Shown in pieces: positions 1-9,849 of a stretch of DNA of 64,000 nt. Origin of the DNA: an uncultured Candidatus Rokubacteria bacterium (GTDB lineage: Bacteria; Methylomirabilota; Methylomirabilia; Rokubacteriales; DASRDR01); assembly GCA_963805625.1 (NCBI GenBank), contig CAWDVE010000016.1:384001-448000 (forward strand), written 5' to 3'. The first letter of the stretch is position 1; the number at the start of each line of letters is the position of its first letter. The notes below the pieces were generated by a model. The model made no database searches and had not been told where the DNA came from. It was given only the letters and a program-made list of their open reading frames with translations. The position numbers and the translations under genes were made by a program.

Positions 1-161
1 CGGCCGGCGAGCGGCGGCCGAGTCTCGAGCCCGTTCAGGCGGTGGAGGCCCTTGCGCTCAGGATGAAGGAAGTATATGAAACCCATCACAAACATGCGTG
101 GTCTGTCAAGCGGACGTCGAGCGCTCAGGCGCGAAAGCGCGCGAGAACGAGGAGGCGGAGG

Positions 162-1208
162 GTGGCACGGTTCAAGGTGGTGACGCCAGAGGGCGTGAGC
201 TTCGGCCCGCCGAGTGTGGGCTACGAGGGCGAGATGGAGGCGCTCGGGCCCATCGGGGCGGAGATCGTCGACATCCCGCCGGGCACCGAGGACGACTTCA
301 TCCGGGCCGCCCGTGACGCCGACGCGGTCTACGCCAAGGTCCGTCGCATCACGAAGCGCATGATCGATGGGCTGGAGCGATGCCGGGTGATCTCGCTGGG
401 GATGGTCGGCGTGGACTCCGTCGACGTGGCCGCGGCGACCGCGCGTGGCATCCCAGTGACCAACGTGCCCGACACGTTCATCGAGGAGGTCGCTGACCAC
501 GCGCTCATGCTCATCCTCGCCGCGTACCGTCGGCTGACCCAAATGGACCGGTATGTCCGCGCCGGCCGCTGGGCCGAGGGGCGGCCGTATCTCTCGCAGT
601 TCCCCCGACTGTGGGGTCAGACCCTCGGGCTCATCTCCTTCGGGCACGTGGCCCGGGCGGTGGCGACCCGGGCGCGGCCGTTCGGCGTCCGGATCCTCGC
701 CTACGATCCGTACGTCGACGAGACGGTCATGACCCAGCACGACGTCGAGCCGGTGGGGCTGACGGACCTCCTGCGCCGCTCGGACATCGTCTCCATGCAC
801 GCGCCCGCGACCGCAGACGCCTTCCACCTCCTGACCGAGGAGCACTTCCGGCTGATGAAGCGGGAGGCGCTGTTCGTCAACACCGGCCGGGGACCGACAG
901 TTGACGAGGCCGCGCTCGTCAAGGCGCTCGAGGAGGGCTGGATCGCCGGGGCCGGGCTCGACGTGTTCGAGCAGGAGCCGGCGCTCACGACCAACCCGCT
1001 GCTCCACATGGACAACGTCATCCTCACGCCGCACGTCGCCTCGGCGTCCGCGCGCATGGATCCCGAGCGGCGCCGACGCGTGGGACGCGAGATCGCGCTC
1101 GTGCTGACGGGGCGCTGGCCGATGAGCTGCGTCAATCCGACGGTCCTCGAGAAGACATCGCTCCGGCGCTGGCAGCCGTACTCGATGGAGCGCGGACCGG
1201 GCATCTAG
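162..1208 (+). CDS. D-isomer-specific 2-hydroxyacid dehydrogenase (SerA/CtBP-like)
   Basis: Motifs GIPVTNVPD, degenerate Rossmann LISFGHVA, VNTGRG, AGLDVFEQEP, ILTPHVAS; GTG at 162 follows a GGAGG-like RBS. Confidence 0.85.
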   Translation: MARFKVVTPEGVSFGPPSVGYEGEMEALGPIGAEIVDIPPGTEDDFIRAARDADAVYAKVRRITKRMIDGLERCRVISLGMVGVDSVDVAAATARGIPVTNVPDTFIEEVADHALMLILAAYRRLTQMDRYVRAGRWAEGRPYLSQFPRLWGQTLGLISFGHVARAVATRARPFGVRILAYDPYVDETVMTQHDVEPVGLTDLLRRSDIVSMHAPATADAFHLLTEEHFRLMKREALFVNTGRGPTVDEAALVKALEEGWIAGAGLDVFEQEPALTTNPLLHMDNVILTPHVASASARMDPERRRRVGREIALVLTGRWPMSCVNPTVLEKTSLRRWQPYSMERGPGI

Positions 1209-1236
1209 CCTCCCCGGTCGAAGGCGCGCCCCCTCG

Positions 1237-4146
1237 TCAGGGGACGACGACGAGGGATCCGAGCGAGGCCGTGCGGCGCACCTGAGGCACGTCCGACGCC
1301 AGGATGTGGAGGCGCCGGCCCGTGGACGGGAGCCACACCCCGACGCGTAGCGGATAAGTGCCCGGTGCCGTGTCCGGAGGGACCGTGATCGTGACGGTCT
1401 GGCGGACCCGCTCGCCCGGGGCCCAGTGGGAAGACCCGTAGTTGCCCACGAGGTCGTCGTGGTTCCCGCCGCGGGGCAGTAGTCCCGCGACGTGGAGGAA
1501 GGCCCAGTAGTCGTAGGAGGTGGGCTCCAGGAGCCGCCAGTAGTAGGTGAGGCGCACCGTCTCCCCCGGTCGGGCCTCGGATGGCACGTCGACGCCAAAC
1601 AGCTCGAGCTCCTTGCCGAAGAGGATCCGAACGGACCGGCTCGGGATTGGCTCCGGCCGGGCGCGGACCGCGGCGGCCTCCGCTGGCCGTCCCAATTGCT
1701 CGAGTGCCTCAGCCCAGGCGGCCAGGCGTTCGGCGCGCCACGTGGCATCCGGCTGGGCGTCAATCAGCTCGGCCACGCGGATCACCTCGAGCCAGGCGCC
1801 ATCGCTTCGGGCCCGGTCGACCGTGTGCTCGAGTCCCTGGCCCCAGATGGCCCGCGCGAGGGCCCATCCGTAGAGTGCGTGCGCCCCCTCCCACTCCGGC
1901 GCCGCAGCGAGCGCTTGGTTCGTTGCGGCGAAGGCCGAGCGCCAACGAACCTGGGCGCGACGGTGCTCGTAGGTGGACGGCGCGCGCAGCGGATGCGGCC
2001 CCGTGGGGTCGTCCATCCAGTGGTCCAGCTCGCGGGCCGCCGCGTCCAGCGCCGCCGCGGCCGCCGGCGGTGGCAGCCACGGGGAGGCGGCGGTCTCGTA
2101 GACGAAGAGCTCCGTGATGCCCCACTGCCCGCCCGGCCGCTCGCTTCCGATGTGCGTGAGCCGCACGTAGCGACCCTGACGTGGGGCGAAGCGGACGACG
2201 ACTCGCCCGCTGTCGTCGATGCGGGGATGGCCCTTCCACCAGTGCAGGCCGGCGAGCAGATCTGGCTCCGTTGCAACCGCCTCCCAGCTCTGGCCATCCG
2301 CGGAGGTCTCGATACGAAGGCCGGCGGGCGCGTCGGCCGACCACGGGGCCGAGAGGAGGCTCACCTGCGTGATCGGGCGGGGCCGGCCGAGGTCGAGCTC
2401 GAACCACTCACCCGGGCGCTTTGGGGCCGCCCAGCGCGTCCACGCCTGGCGGTCGTAGGCCCGCGCGACCACCTCCGGGTCGAACGACGCCCGCGCGCGC
2501 CAGCCGGTCGTGGGAACCGGGTGCACGCGTGGATCGGGCGGGACGAAGTGGTGGAAGATCACGTAGTGGCCGGCGTCGGTTTGCTCCCAGGTCGCGCCGA
2601 TGCGCGCGAGCGCCGCGACCATCTGACGTGGCTCGGGACTCCTCATCACGCGGTCCGTGACGATCGCGACCGTCTCTGGGGCCTCCACGCGGTCGACCGT
2701 GCGGAGCGCGGCGTAGTTTCGAAGACCATTGTAGTCCGCGCAGACAACCCGCTCGGTCGACTCGAAGCTGATCACCTGGGCGATCCGGCTGTCCGCGTAA
2801 CACGCCGTAACGCCGAGCGCGTCGAGCTTCGCGATGACCGAGTCGACGGGTCGCACCGGCATGCCCGCGCCCGCCTGGACGAAGGCAACGTGCGTGACCA
2901 CGTTGAAGACGATCAGCGCTCCCGCCAGCGCGATCGCCGCGCCGCGACCGACGCGCCCGACGCTCGCCAGGCGCGCCAGCACGGCCGCGACGAGGAGCGG
3001 GAGGGGGCCGAAGAAGGTGAGCGAGTAGCGGATGACGCCGGAGGTCCCGAACCACGTGAGTAGCTGGAGCGCTACGGTGAACCAGAACGCCAGGACGACC
3101 AGGTCGAGAGGCTCGCGCCAGGGCCGATTCCGGTGACCGAGACGCCAGCCCCAGACGATGAGGCGCCACATGGCGAGCCCGATCGCCGGCACGTACACGG
3201 CGCCGACGACGATCCAGCCCAGCTTGCTGGCCCACGGCGGCAGCGGCACCGCACGGCCGTCCCAGTAGGTGTCGCGGAGCGACTTGACGAGGGCGCCCGC
3301 CACGTTCTGAATCCGCCCCGCGAAGTCGGGCAGCGGGCCCCCCCACTCGAGGAGGTGGCGGAACGTTGCCCACTCGTGTTGCACGTTCCACGCCCAGAAC
3401 GGCAGGCTCGCCAGGCCGAACAAGCCGAGAGCCGCGTAGGGGCCGGGCCCCGCCAGGACGCCGGGGCGGGCGACGAGGAGCCCCAGGGCGGCAGCCCCGA
3501 TGAGCATCGTCGCGATCTGGCTTGTCCACCATGCGAGCCCGGCGGTGAGACCCAGCAGCACCCAGGCCCACTCCTGGCGCTGCCCCGGAAGCGGGTCGAC
3601 CAGGCGCACCGCGGTCGCGAGCGTGACCGTCCCCAGTGCGAGCGCCACGCCCTCCGCATGGTTAGAGAGCTGCATGAAGGTCAGGAAGATGGGCGGCACC
3701 GCCAACTGGAGTCCGGCCAGGAGTCCCCATCTCTCACCGGCGATGCGCCGACCGATGCGCCATCCGGCCCACACCCAGAATAGCGACACCCAAGCTGTTC
3801 CCAGCCGGAGCGCGAATGTGGACGGACCGAAGACACGGAACGCCGCGGCGGCAACGTACGCGTCGACCGCTCCCAGGTAGGGCTGCCCCCAGTAGAAGAC
3901 CTGCGGGACGCCGCGCAGGATCGCGAGGCTCATCAGGCCCGTGAGGGCCTCGTCGTAGTAGGTCTCGCGGAGCGGTGGGCTCAGGGCGACCATCACCCGT
4001 GCGAGGAGGAACAGCGCGCCGAGAGCGACGGCCGGGGCAATCGTGCCGAGCCCGACCCGGCCGAGACTGAGTGCCTGCCGCGGGGTCAGAGCCCGGGGAG
4101 GGGCCACCTTCTCCCCCACCGCACCTCGGATCGACACGCTTGCCAT
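1237..4146 (-). CDS. Multi-TM GT-C/ArnT-PMT-like glycosyltransferase with F5/8 type C (discoidin) domain and C-terminal Ig-like domain
   Basis: YYDEA motif after TM1, many TM helices, discoidin signature WFELDLGRPRPITQV...RYVRL, C-terminal TVTITVPPDTAPGTYPLRVGVW. Confidence 0.65.
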   Translation of the reverse strand: MASVSIRGAVGEKVAPPRALTPRQALSLGRVGLGTIAPAVALGALFLLARVMVALSPPLRETYYDEALTGLMSLAILRGVPQVFYWGQPYLGAVDAYVAAAAFRVFGPSTFALRLGTAWVSLFWVWAGWRIGRRIAGERWGLLAGLQLAVPPIFLTFMQLSNHAEGVALALGTVTLATAVRLVDPLPGQRQEWAWVLLGLTAGLAWWTSQIATMLIGAAALGLLVARPGVLAGPGPYAALGLFGLASLPFWAWNVQHEWATFRHLLEWGGPLPDFAGRIQNVAGALVKSLRDTYWDGRAVPLPPWASKLGWIVVGAVYVPAIGLAMWRLIVWGWRLGHRNRPWREPLDLVVLAFWFTVALQLLTWFGTSGVIRYSLTFFGPLPLLVAAVLARLASVGRVGRGAAIALAGALIVFNVVTHVAFVQAGAGMPVRPVDSVIAKLDALGVTACYADSRIAQVISFESTERVVCADYNGLRNYAALRTVDRVEAPETVAIVTDRVMRSPEPRQMVAALARIGATWEQTDAGHYVIFHHFVPPDPRVHPVPTTGWRARASFDPEVVARAYDRQAWTRWAAPKRPGEWFELDLGRPRPITQVSLLSAPWSADAPAGLRIETSADGQSWEAVATEPDLLAGLHWWKGHPRIDDSGRVVVRFAPRQGRYVRLTHIGSERPGGQWGITELFVYETAASPWLPPPAAAAALDAAARELDHWMDDPTGPHPLRAPSTYEHRRAQVRWRSAFAATNQALAAAPEWEGAHALYGWALARAIWGQGLEHTVDRARSDGAWLEVIRVAELIDAQPDATWRAERLAAWAEALEQLGRPAEAAAVRARPEPIPSRSVRILFGKELELFGVDVPSEARPGETVRLTYYWRLLEPTSYDYWAFLHVAGLLPRGGNHDDLVGNYGSSHWAPGERVRQTVTITVPPDTAPGTYPLRVGVWLPSTGRRLHILASDVPQVRRTASLGSLVVVP

Positions 4147-4227
4147 CGTCGAAGCATGGTAGAGGGCGCGACGAGAGTTCGGGAGCGGTGGAACCCCGCG
4201 TGATGTCGGGGAATACCCGCATGTCCT

Positions 4228-4896
4228 CTAGGGCGTGGACCCTGTCTCGCCGCCGAAGAGGCCGCTGTCCAGCGCGTACCGCACGAGCTCGGCGCGGCTC
4301 TGGAGGCCGAGCTTTTCGACGAGGCGGGCGCGGTAGGTCTCGACGGTCTTGACCGAGAGCCCCAGGTGATCCGCGATCTGCTGGTTCGTGTAGCCCTGGG
4401 CCACCAGCTCCAGGACCTCCCGCTCCCGCTGGCTCAGGGGCGTCGCGGGGCTGGTGCCGGCCGTGCCTCGCCGGCGCAGCCCGTTCTGCACGACGCTCGC
4501 CGCGAGCGCGGGATCCAGCACCGTCCGCCCGCGGTACACGTCACGAATGGCGGCCAGAAGCGCCGAGTCCGCCGCGCGCTTGACGACGTATCCCGACGCC
4601 CCGGCGGCGAGCGCCGCGCGAAGATAGGCCGGCATGTCGTGCATCGTCAGGACGAGCACGCGCGTCGTCGGCGCGGCCTCACGGATGCGCTCGATTGCCT
4701 TGATGCCGCTGGATCCGGGCATGCTGATGTCCATGAGCGCCACGTCGGGCCGGAGCGCCGCTGCTTTCCGCACGGCCTCGTCGCCGTCGCTCGCCTCGCC
4801 GACCACCTCCAGGTCCCGCTGGCTGCTGATGAGCATGCGCAGCCCCGTCCGGAGGACGGCGTGGTCATCCGCGATGAGGATCCGGATCCTTCCCAT
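4228..4896 (-). CDS. NarL/LuxR-family DNA-binding response regulator
   Basis: ILIADDH, PDVALMDISMPG, LSQREREVLELVAQGYTNQQIA..LSVKTVETYR; start trimmed to MGRIRIL. Confidence 0.93.
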   Translation of the reverse strand: MGRIRILIADDHAVLRTGLRMLISSQRDLEVVGEASDGDEAVRKAAALRPDVALMDISMPGSSGIKAIERIREAAPTTRVLVLTMHDMPAYLRAALAAGASGYVVKRAADSALLAAIRDVYRGRTVLDPALAASVVQNGLRRRGTAGTSPATPLSQREREVLELVAQGYTNQQIADHLGLSVKTVETYRARLVEKLGLQSRAELVRYALDSGLFGGETGSTP

Positions 4897-6895
4897 CAGA
4901 GCCTCCAAAGACCGGCACCCGGGCGTAGATCGTGGTGCCCTCACCAGGAGTCGACTCGATCGTGACCGTTCCGTCAAGCAGGGCCGCGCGCTCCCGCATC
5001 CCGTGGAGCCCCAGGTGCGCACGGGCGGCGGGCGTGCGAAGAGTCCCCTCGACGTCGAATCCGCAGCCGTCGTCCGACACGATGGCCTGGACCACCTCCC
5101 GGCGCCGCTGGAGCACCACGTTCGCGGTTCGGGCGCCCGAGTGCTTCGCCGCGTTCGTCAGGGCCTCCTGGATGATGCGGTAGAGGGCGGTCTCGACGGC
5201 GGGCGGCAGCCGCTCGAGACCGAAGCCCACCGCGCTCACCTCGACGGCGATGCTGCGCATCTGAGTGTGGTCGGTCGCCAGCTGGTCGACGGCCGGCACG
5301 AGGCCGAGCTCGTCGAGAACGCCTGGCCGTAGGCCGCGGGCAAGGCGACGGACCTCGTCGAGGGTCCGCGCCGTCACCCGGCGCAGCTCGGCCACCTGCT
5401 CGCGCACGGCGGCGAGACTCGGCGCCTCCGCGAGAGTGCGGAGCCCCACCAGGAGCGAGGTCAGCGACTGCCCCGTCTCGTCGTGGAGCTCCCGCGCGAG
5501 GCGGCGCTGCTCCTCCTCCTGGGCGGCGGTCACCTGCTCGAGGAGGCGCGCGCGGACCTCGGCATGACGGCGGCGCTCGGTGACGTCGTGGGTCACGACG
5601 GAGTACCCCACGAACCGTCCCTCCGAGTCGCGAACGGCCGTGGTGAGGCCCTCCGCCCAGAATCGGCTCCCGTCCTTGCGCACGCGCCAGCCCTCTTCGA
5701 CCGCGCGACCCTCGGTCGCCGCCCGCTCGAGCGTGCGCGCGGGGGCACCCTGACGGGCTTCCTCGGGGGGGTAAAAGCACGCCACGTGCTGGCCGACGAT
5801 CTCGTCCGCGGTGTAGCCCTTGAGGCGCTCGGCGCCGGCGTTCCAGCTCTCGACCCGCCCGGCGCGGTCGAGCATGTAGAAGGCGTAGTCACGCACGCCG
5901 TCGACGAGCAGGCGGAACCGCCCCTCCGCCGTCTCCGCGTCGTGTCGCGCGCGCTGCTCGGCTCCGAAGAGCCGCGCCCGGCCGATGGCGGTCGCGATCC
6001 GGTCCGCCACGAGCTCGAGGAGGCGGGCGTCGTCCGGGGTGAAGCGGCGCGGGGACAGGCTGCCGACGTGGACGACGCCGATCCCGCGGCCGTCGAGCAC
6101 CAGCGGGGTACCGAGGAGGGTATGGAGCCCCTTGGCCCGGAGGATCGGGCTCACCACCTCCGCCTTGCTGACGTCCTCGATTACCATCGTGGCGCCGCGG
6201 GCCGCGATCGTGCCCGCGATCCCGCGCGCGAACGGGATCCGCATGTCGAGCCTCACTTCCTCTTCGAGGCCGTGCGCCGCGCGCACGGCCAGCTCCGTCC
6301 CCTCATCGTTGAGCAGGAGGATGACGACCGTGTCGGCGGCCAGAGCCTCCCGGACCCGTCCAAGGAGCTCCGGGAGGAGGTCGTCCAGCCGCAGGTGCGT
6401 GAGGGCCGTGTCCGTCACGCTTTGCACGGCCCGGACCTGGTGCGCCGCCGCCTCGAGCGCCCGGCGCGCCCCCTGCTCGCTGGCGGCCAGGGTCTGCGCG
6501 CGCGACTCCGTGCGGCGGAGAACCTCGCACACGACGCAGATGACCAGCGCCTCCAGCACGAAGACCCCGAGGCGGGTGACGACCGCCGCGCTCAGCTGAG
6601 CGCTGTCGGCTCCCGCCCCCACGAGGGCCCTCACCCCGACGAACGCCCCCACGAGGGTGGTCAGGAGTCCGGGCCCGAGCCCTCCGTACCATGCGCTGAG
6701 CATGACCGCGCCGAGATAGAGCGGGAAATCGCCCCGGTCAACGTACGGCTCGAGGGGGTAGGACAGGAGCCAGGCGAGGCCGGAGGCCGTCGCGGCGAGC
6801 AGGTACTCGCGGGCGGTCTGCGAGGGCGTGCGCGCCCCCGGCCCCCCGTCGGAAGGAGGCGCCGCAGCTACCGGGGGACGTAAATATCCGGCCAC
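4865..6895 (-). CDS. Membrane sensor histidine kinase (TM-GAF-PAS-HisKA_3-HATPase)
   Basis: RRLARELHDETGQSL H-box, QEALTNAAKHS, DDGCGF, PAS WNAGAERLKGY...RKDGSRFW; start uncertain. Confidence 0.9.
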   Translation of the reverse strand: MAGYLRPPVAAAPPSDGGPGARTPSQTAREYLLAATASGLAWLLSYPLEPYVDRGDFPLYLGAVMLSAWYGGLGPGLLTTLVGAFVGVRALVGAGADSAQLSAAVVTRLGVFVLEALVICVVCEVLRRTESRAQTLAASEQGARRALEAAAHQVRAVQSVTDTALTHLRLDDLLPELLGRVREALAADTVVILLLNDEGTELAVRAAHGLEEEVRLDMRIPFARGIAGTIAARGATMVIEDVSKAEVVSPILRAKGLHTLLGTPLVLDGRGIGVVHVGSLSPRRFTPDDARLLELVADRIATAIGRARLFGAEQRARHDAETAEGRFRLLVDGVRDYAFYMLDRAGRVESWNAGAERLKGYTADEIVGQHVACFYPPEEARQGAPARTLERAATEGRAVEEGWRVRKDGSRFWAEGLTTAVRDSEGRFVGYSVVTHDVTERRRHAEVRARLLEQVTAAQEEEQRRLARELHDETGQSLTSLLVGLRTLAEAPSLAAVREQVAELRRVTARTLDEVRRLARGLRPGVLDELGLVPAVDQLATDHTQMRSIAVEVSAVGFGLERLPPAVETALYRIIQEALTNAAKHSGARTANVVLQRRREVVQAIVSDDGCGFDVEGTLRTPAARAHLGLHGMRERAALLDGTVTIESTPGEGTTIYARVPVFGGSDGKDPDPHRG

Positions 6896-7959
6896 TGGTC
6901 GTTCCCTGGATGATGAGTCAGGCGGACGGCCTCGCTGACCGGACGGCCTATCTGCCAAACGAAGATCTCGTAGTCGGCGCGATCGTGCTCGTGGCCGCTC
7001 GCGGCCGCGCCCCAGACGAGCCAACGCCCGTCGTTCGAGACCCTCGGGAAGTACTCATGACTGTAGGCGCCCGGGAGATCCATGAACACGCCACGCGGAC
7101 GGCCGGGACCTCCGGTCACGATCTGGGTACCGCCATTCCCCTGGGCTTCCATCCACAGAAGCGCGTCCGTTCCCGGCACCCAGGTGATCTGGCAGGCCTG
7201 GCCCGGGGACAGACGGGTGACGGCCCGCGTGGCGAGGTCGACGACCGCCACACCGCCGTACTGGCGACTGCGGACGGTCACAGCCAGCCGCGCGCCGTCG
7301 GGGGAGAGCTCCGGGGTCTCCATGCCGCCCGCGATGCCCTCGGTCGTCGGGCCGTCCAGGAGGACGGATTCGCGGCCCGGGCTCCCGCCGCCCTCCCCGC
7401 TAAGGTCGAGCCGGATCACCTGCGCGCCTCGCAGGAAGATGATCGCGTCCCCGCCGGGGGTCCACTGGGGCGAGTATCCGTTCCGGGCGAGCAGCCGCTC
7501 GCCGGTACCGTCCACGTTGATGACGTACACGTCCCAAGCGGTGGGGTCACGCGGGGTAACGTAGTCCCGCTGGCTCCGCGTGAAGAGGATCCGCCGCCCG
7601 TCCGGCGAGAACCGCGAGAAGAACTCCACCTGCGGCGTGTTCGTGAGCCGCCGCACGGCCTGGGTCCGAAGGTCCAAGAGGTAGAGCTCATGGTTGCCGG
7701 TCCGATTCGAGGACCACACCACGAGCCCGCGGACCTGACGCGCGAGCGTGTCGACCGCGCCCCGCTCCGCTTGGGTCAGATCGGCCAGCCGGACCTTGCG
7801 GGGCACGCGGGGCGGGAACACGCTGGCCAGGAGCCGCTCCGGCAGGTTGGTCACCGTGGCCAACGAATGCGGCAGGTGCGGACTCATTGGGGGCAGGGCC
7901 AGCGCGCCACCGACGAGTGCGGCGATGGCGAGGCCGGCGACGATCAGCCGACGACGCAT
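6868..7959 (-). CDS. Secreted TolB-like beta-propeller (PD40 repeat) protein
   Basis: Signal peptide MRRRLIVAGLAIAA; repeats FSPDGRRILF, LSPDGARLA, VSNDGRWLVW. Confidence 0.75.
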   Translation of the reverse strand: MRRRLIVAGLAIAALVGGALALPPMSPHLPHSLATVTNLPERLLASVFPPRVPRKVRLADLTQAERGAVDTLARQVRGLVVWSSNRTGNHELYLLDLRTQAVRRLTNTPQVEFFSRFSPDGRRILFTRSQRDYVTPRDPTAWDVYVINVDGTGERLLARNGYSPQWTPGGDAIIFLRGAQVIRLDLSGEGGGSPGRESVLLDGPTTEGIAGGMETPELSPDGARLAVTVRSRQYGGVAVVDLATRAVTRLSPGQACQITWVPGTDALLWMEAQGNGGTQIVTGGPGRPRGVFMDLPGAYSHEYFPRVSNDGRWLVWGAAASGHEHDRADYEIFVWQIGRPVSEAVRLTHHPGNDQWPDIYVPR

Positions 7960-8090
7960 CCTTCTGCCAGTATCGCACGGGTACGAAGCGGGACTCGGCC
8001 GTGGCGCCGGCGGCATGGCCGAGGGACGTCGTGCGGCGCCCAGCCGCTCGGGAAGGCCGGAGGCGCCAGGGAACAGAGGCGACGATGCGC

Positions 8091-8591
8091 TCAGCTGGCC
8101 GGGCGGCGATAGTGTCGGCCGAGCTTGCCTTCATCGGCGACGGCGACGGGCTGCCAGTCCACCCACCGTTCGAGGTACTCCTCCACCGTTCGCGCCCCGG
8201 CCCAGAGCCGATACTCCGCGTCCGCGATGACCGACTCCGCCAGGCACGCATACTCCACGTACCCGTCCGAGCGAGCGAGGTCGAGCTCCATGAAATCGAC
8301 CGGCCGGAACGCGCGGACGTGGAGCACGGTCTCGCTCTCCGGCCCGAACCGGAACGCCTTCGCGATGTGGGGGAACGCGCAGACGAACCCGACGCCCTCG
8401 ACGCCGGTCCGCTTGAGCCCGGTGAGGACGGAGTCCCGTTCGCGACCGCACCGGTCCCACTCGTAGCGCTCGGGATGCTGCCGGCCCGTGATGTCGATGA
8501 GGTAGACCTTGAAGGCGTGCGGCCCGTTCTCGTAGACGGCGCGGCCCGCGGGCCGCGCGGCGTAGCCCTGGCAGGACTCGATGGGGTGCAT
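8091..8591 (-). CDS. Hypothetical protein, probably co-transcribed with thrC-metB
   Basis: Starts 3 bp after the metB stop; globular composition and typical codon bias. Confidence 0.6.
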   Translation of the reverse strand: MHPIESCQGYAARPAGRAVYENGPHAFKVYLIDITGRQHPERYEWDRCGRERDSVLTGLKRTGVEGVGFVCAFPHIAKAFRFGPESETVLHVRAFRPVDFMELDLARSDGYVEYACLAESVIADAEYRLWAGARTVEEYLERWVDWQPVAVADEGKLGRHYRRPAS

Positions 8592-8594
8592 CGC

Positions 8595-9848
8595 CTACAC
8601 CCGGTCCAGGGCCTGGTCGAGGTCGGCGATGAGGTCGTCGGCGTCCTCGACCCCCACCGCGTAACGCACCAGCGAGTCCCGGATCCCGATCTGGAGCCGC
8701 TCCTCGGTGGTCAGCTCGTAGAAGCTCATCAGCGCGGGCTGCTCGATCAGGCTTTCGACGCCGCCGAGCGACGGAGCGATCCGCGGGATCCGGCAGGCGT
8801 CCACCAGGCGGGACGCGGCGGCGAGGTCGCCCCGCACCTCGAAGGAGACGACGCCCCCGAAGCCCTTCATCTGGCGTCGCGCGAGGTCGTGCTCGGGGTG
8901 GCTCTTGAGCCCGGGGTAGTGCACGCGCTCGATCTTCGGGTGGGCCTCGAGGAAGTCGGCCACTCGCTGCGCGTTCTCGTTCTGGCGGGCCACGCGAAGT
9001 GCGAGGGTCTTGATTCCCCGGATGAGCAGATAGGTTCCGAGGGGGTCGGGGACGGCGCCGGTCACCGAGTGGAGGTCGCGGATCGCCCCCACCAGGTTGC
9101 GGTTTCCCAGGACGACGCCGGCCATCAGGTCGTTGTGGCCGCCGAGGTACTTGGTCGCGGAGTGGATCACGAGGTCGACGCCGAAGTCGAGCGGCCGCTG
9201 GTTGATCGGCGTCGCGAAGGTGGCGTCGATGACCGTCTTCACACGGTGACGGCGCCCGATCTCGGCGAGCCGCTCGAGGTCGACGACGCGGTTGTAGGGG
9301 TTCGTCGGCGACTCGCTGAAGACGAGGCGCGTCGTCCGGCGGATCGCCTCCTCCATCCGCTCGTAGTCACCTGCGCGCACCGTGGTGACCTCGACGCCAT
9401 ACCGGCGCAGCACCTGGTTGAGGAACTGCCGGGTTCGCCGGTACGCGTCGTCGGTCACGACGACGTGGGCCCCTTTGGAGAGCATCGCGAAGAGCGTCGT
9501 GGTGATGGCGGCCATGCCGCTCGCGAACAGGAGGCCCTCCTGGGCGCCTTCCAGGGCCGCGAGCTTCCGCTCCGCCACGCGCTGGGTGGGGTTGCCGTAC
9601 CGGCCGTACTCGTCACGCTCGACCCGGCCCTCGAAGTGGTCCGCGATCTCCCGGCTGTCCCGGAACGCGTACGTCGCGGTCTGGACGATCGGTGCCGTCA
9701 GCGCGCTGGCGAGCTTCTGGCGCGGCTCGCCGCCATGGACCGCCTGGGTGCTCGGGCCCGGCTCGCGGGCGAGCGCGGCGGCGGCCGGGGGCGCCGGCGC
9801 AGGCGGGGGAGGCGGAGCGGGATCCCGACGCTGTCGCGAGCTGGCCAA
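8595..9848 (-). CDS. metB: Cystathionine gamma-synthase (plant-like Cys/Met PLP enzyme)
   Basis: EYGRYGNPT, ESPTNP, HSATKYLGGHND (PLP Lys), IAPSLGGVES; TTG start at 9848 after GGAGG. Confidence 0.85.
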   Translation of the reverse strand: MASSRQRRDPAPPPPPAPAPPAAAALAREPGPSTQAVHGGEPRQKLASALTAPIVQTATYAFRDSREIADHFEGRVERDEYGRYGNPTQRVAERKLAALEGAQEGLLFASGMAAITTTLFAMLSKGAHVVVTDDAYRRTRQFLNQVLRRYGVEVTTVRAGDYERMEEAIRRTTRLVFSESPTNPYNRVVDLERLAEIGRRHRVKTVIDATFATPINQRPLDFGVDLVIHSATKYLGGHNDLMAGVVLGNRNLVGAIRDLHSVTGAVPDPLGTYLLIRGIKTLALRVARQNENAQRVADFLEAHPKIERVHYPGLKSHPEHDLARRQMKGFGGVVSFEVRGDLAAASRLVDACRIPRIAPSLGGVESLIEQPALMSFYELTTEERLQIGIRDSLVRYAVGVEDADDLIADLDQALDRV

Positions 9849-9849
9849 A

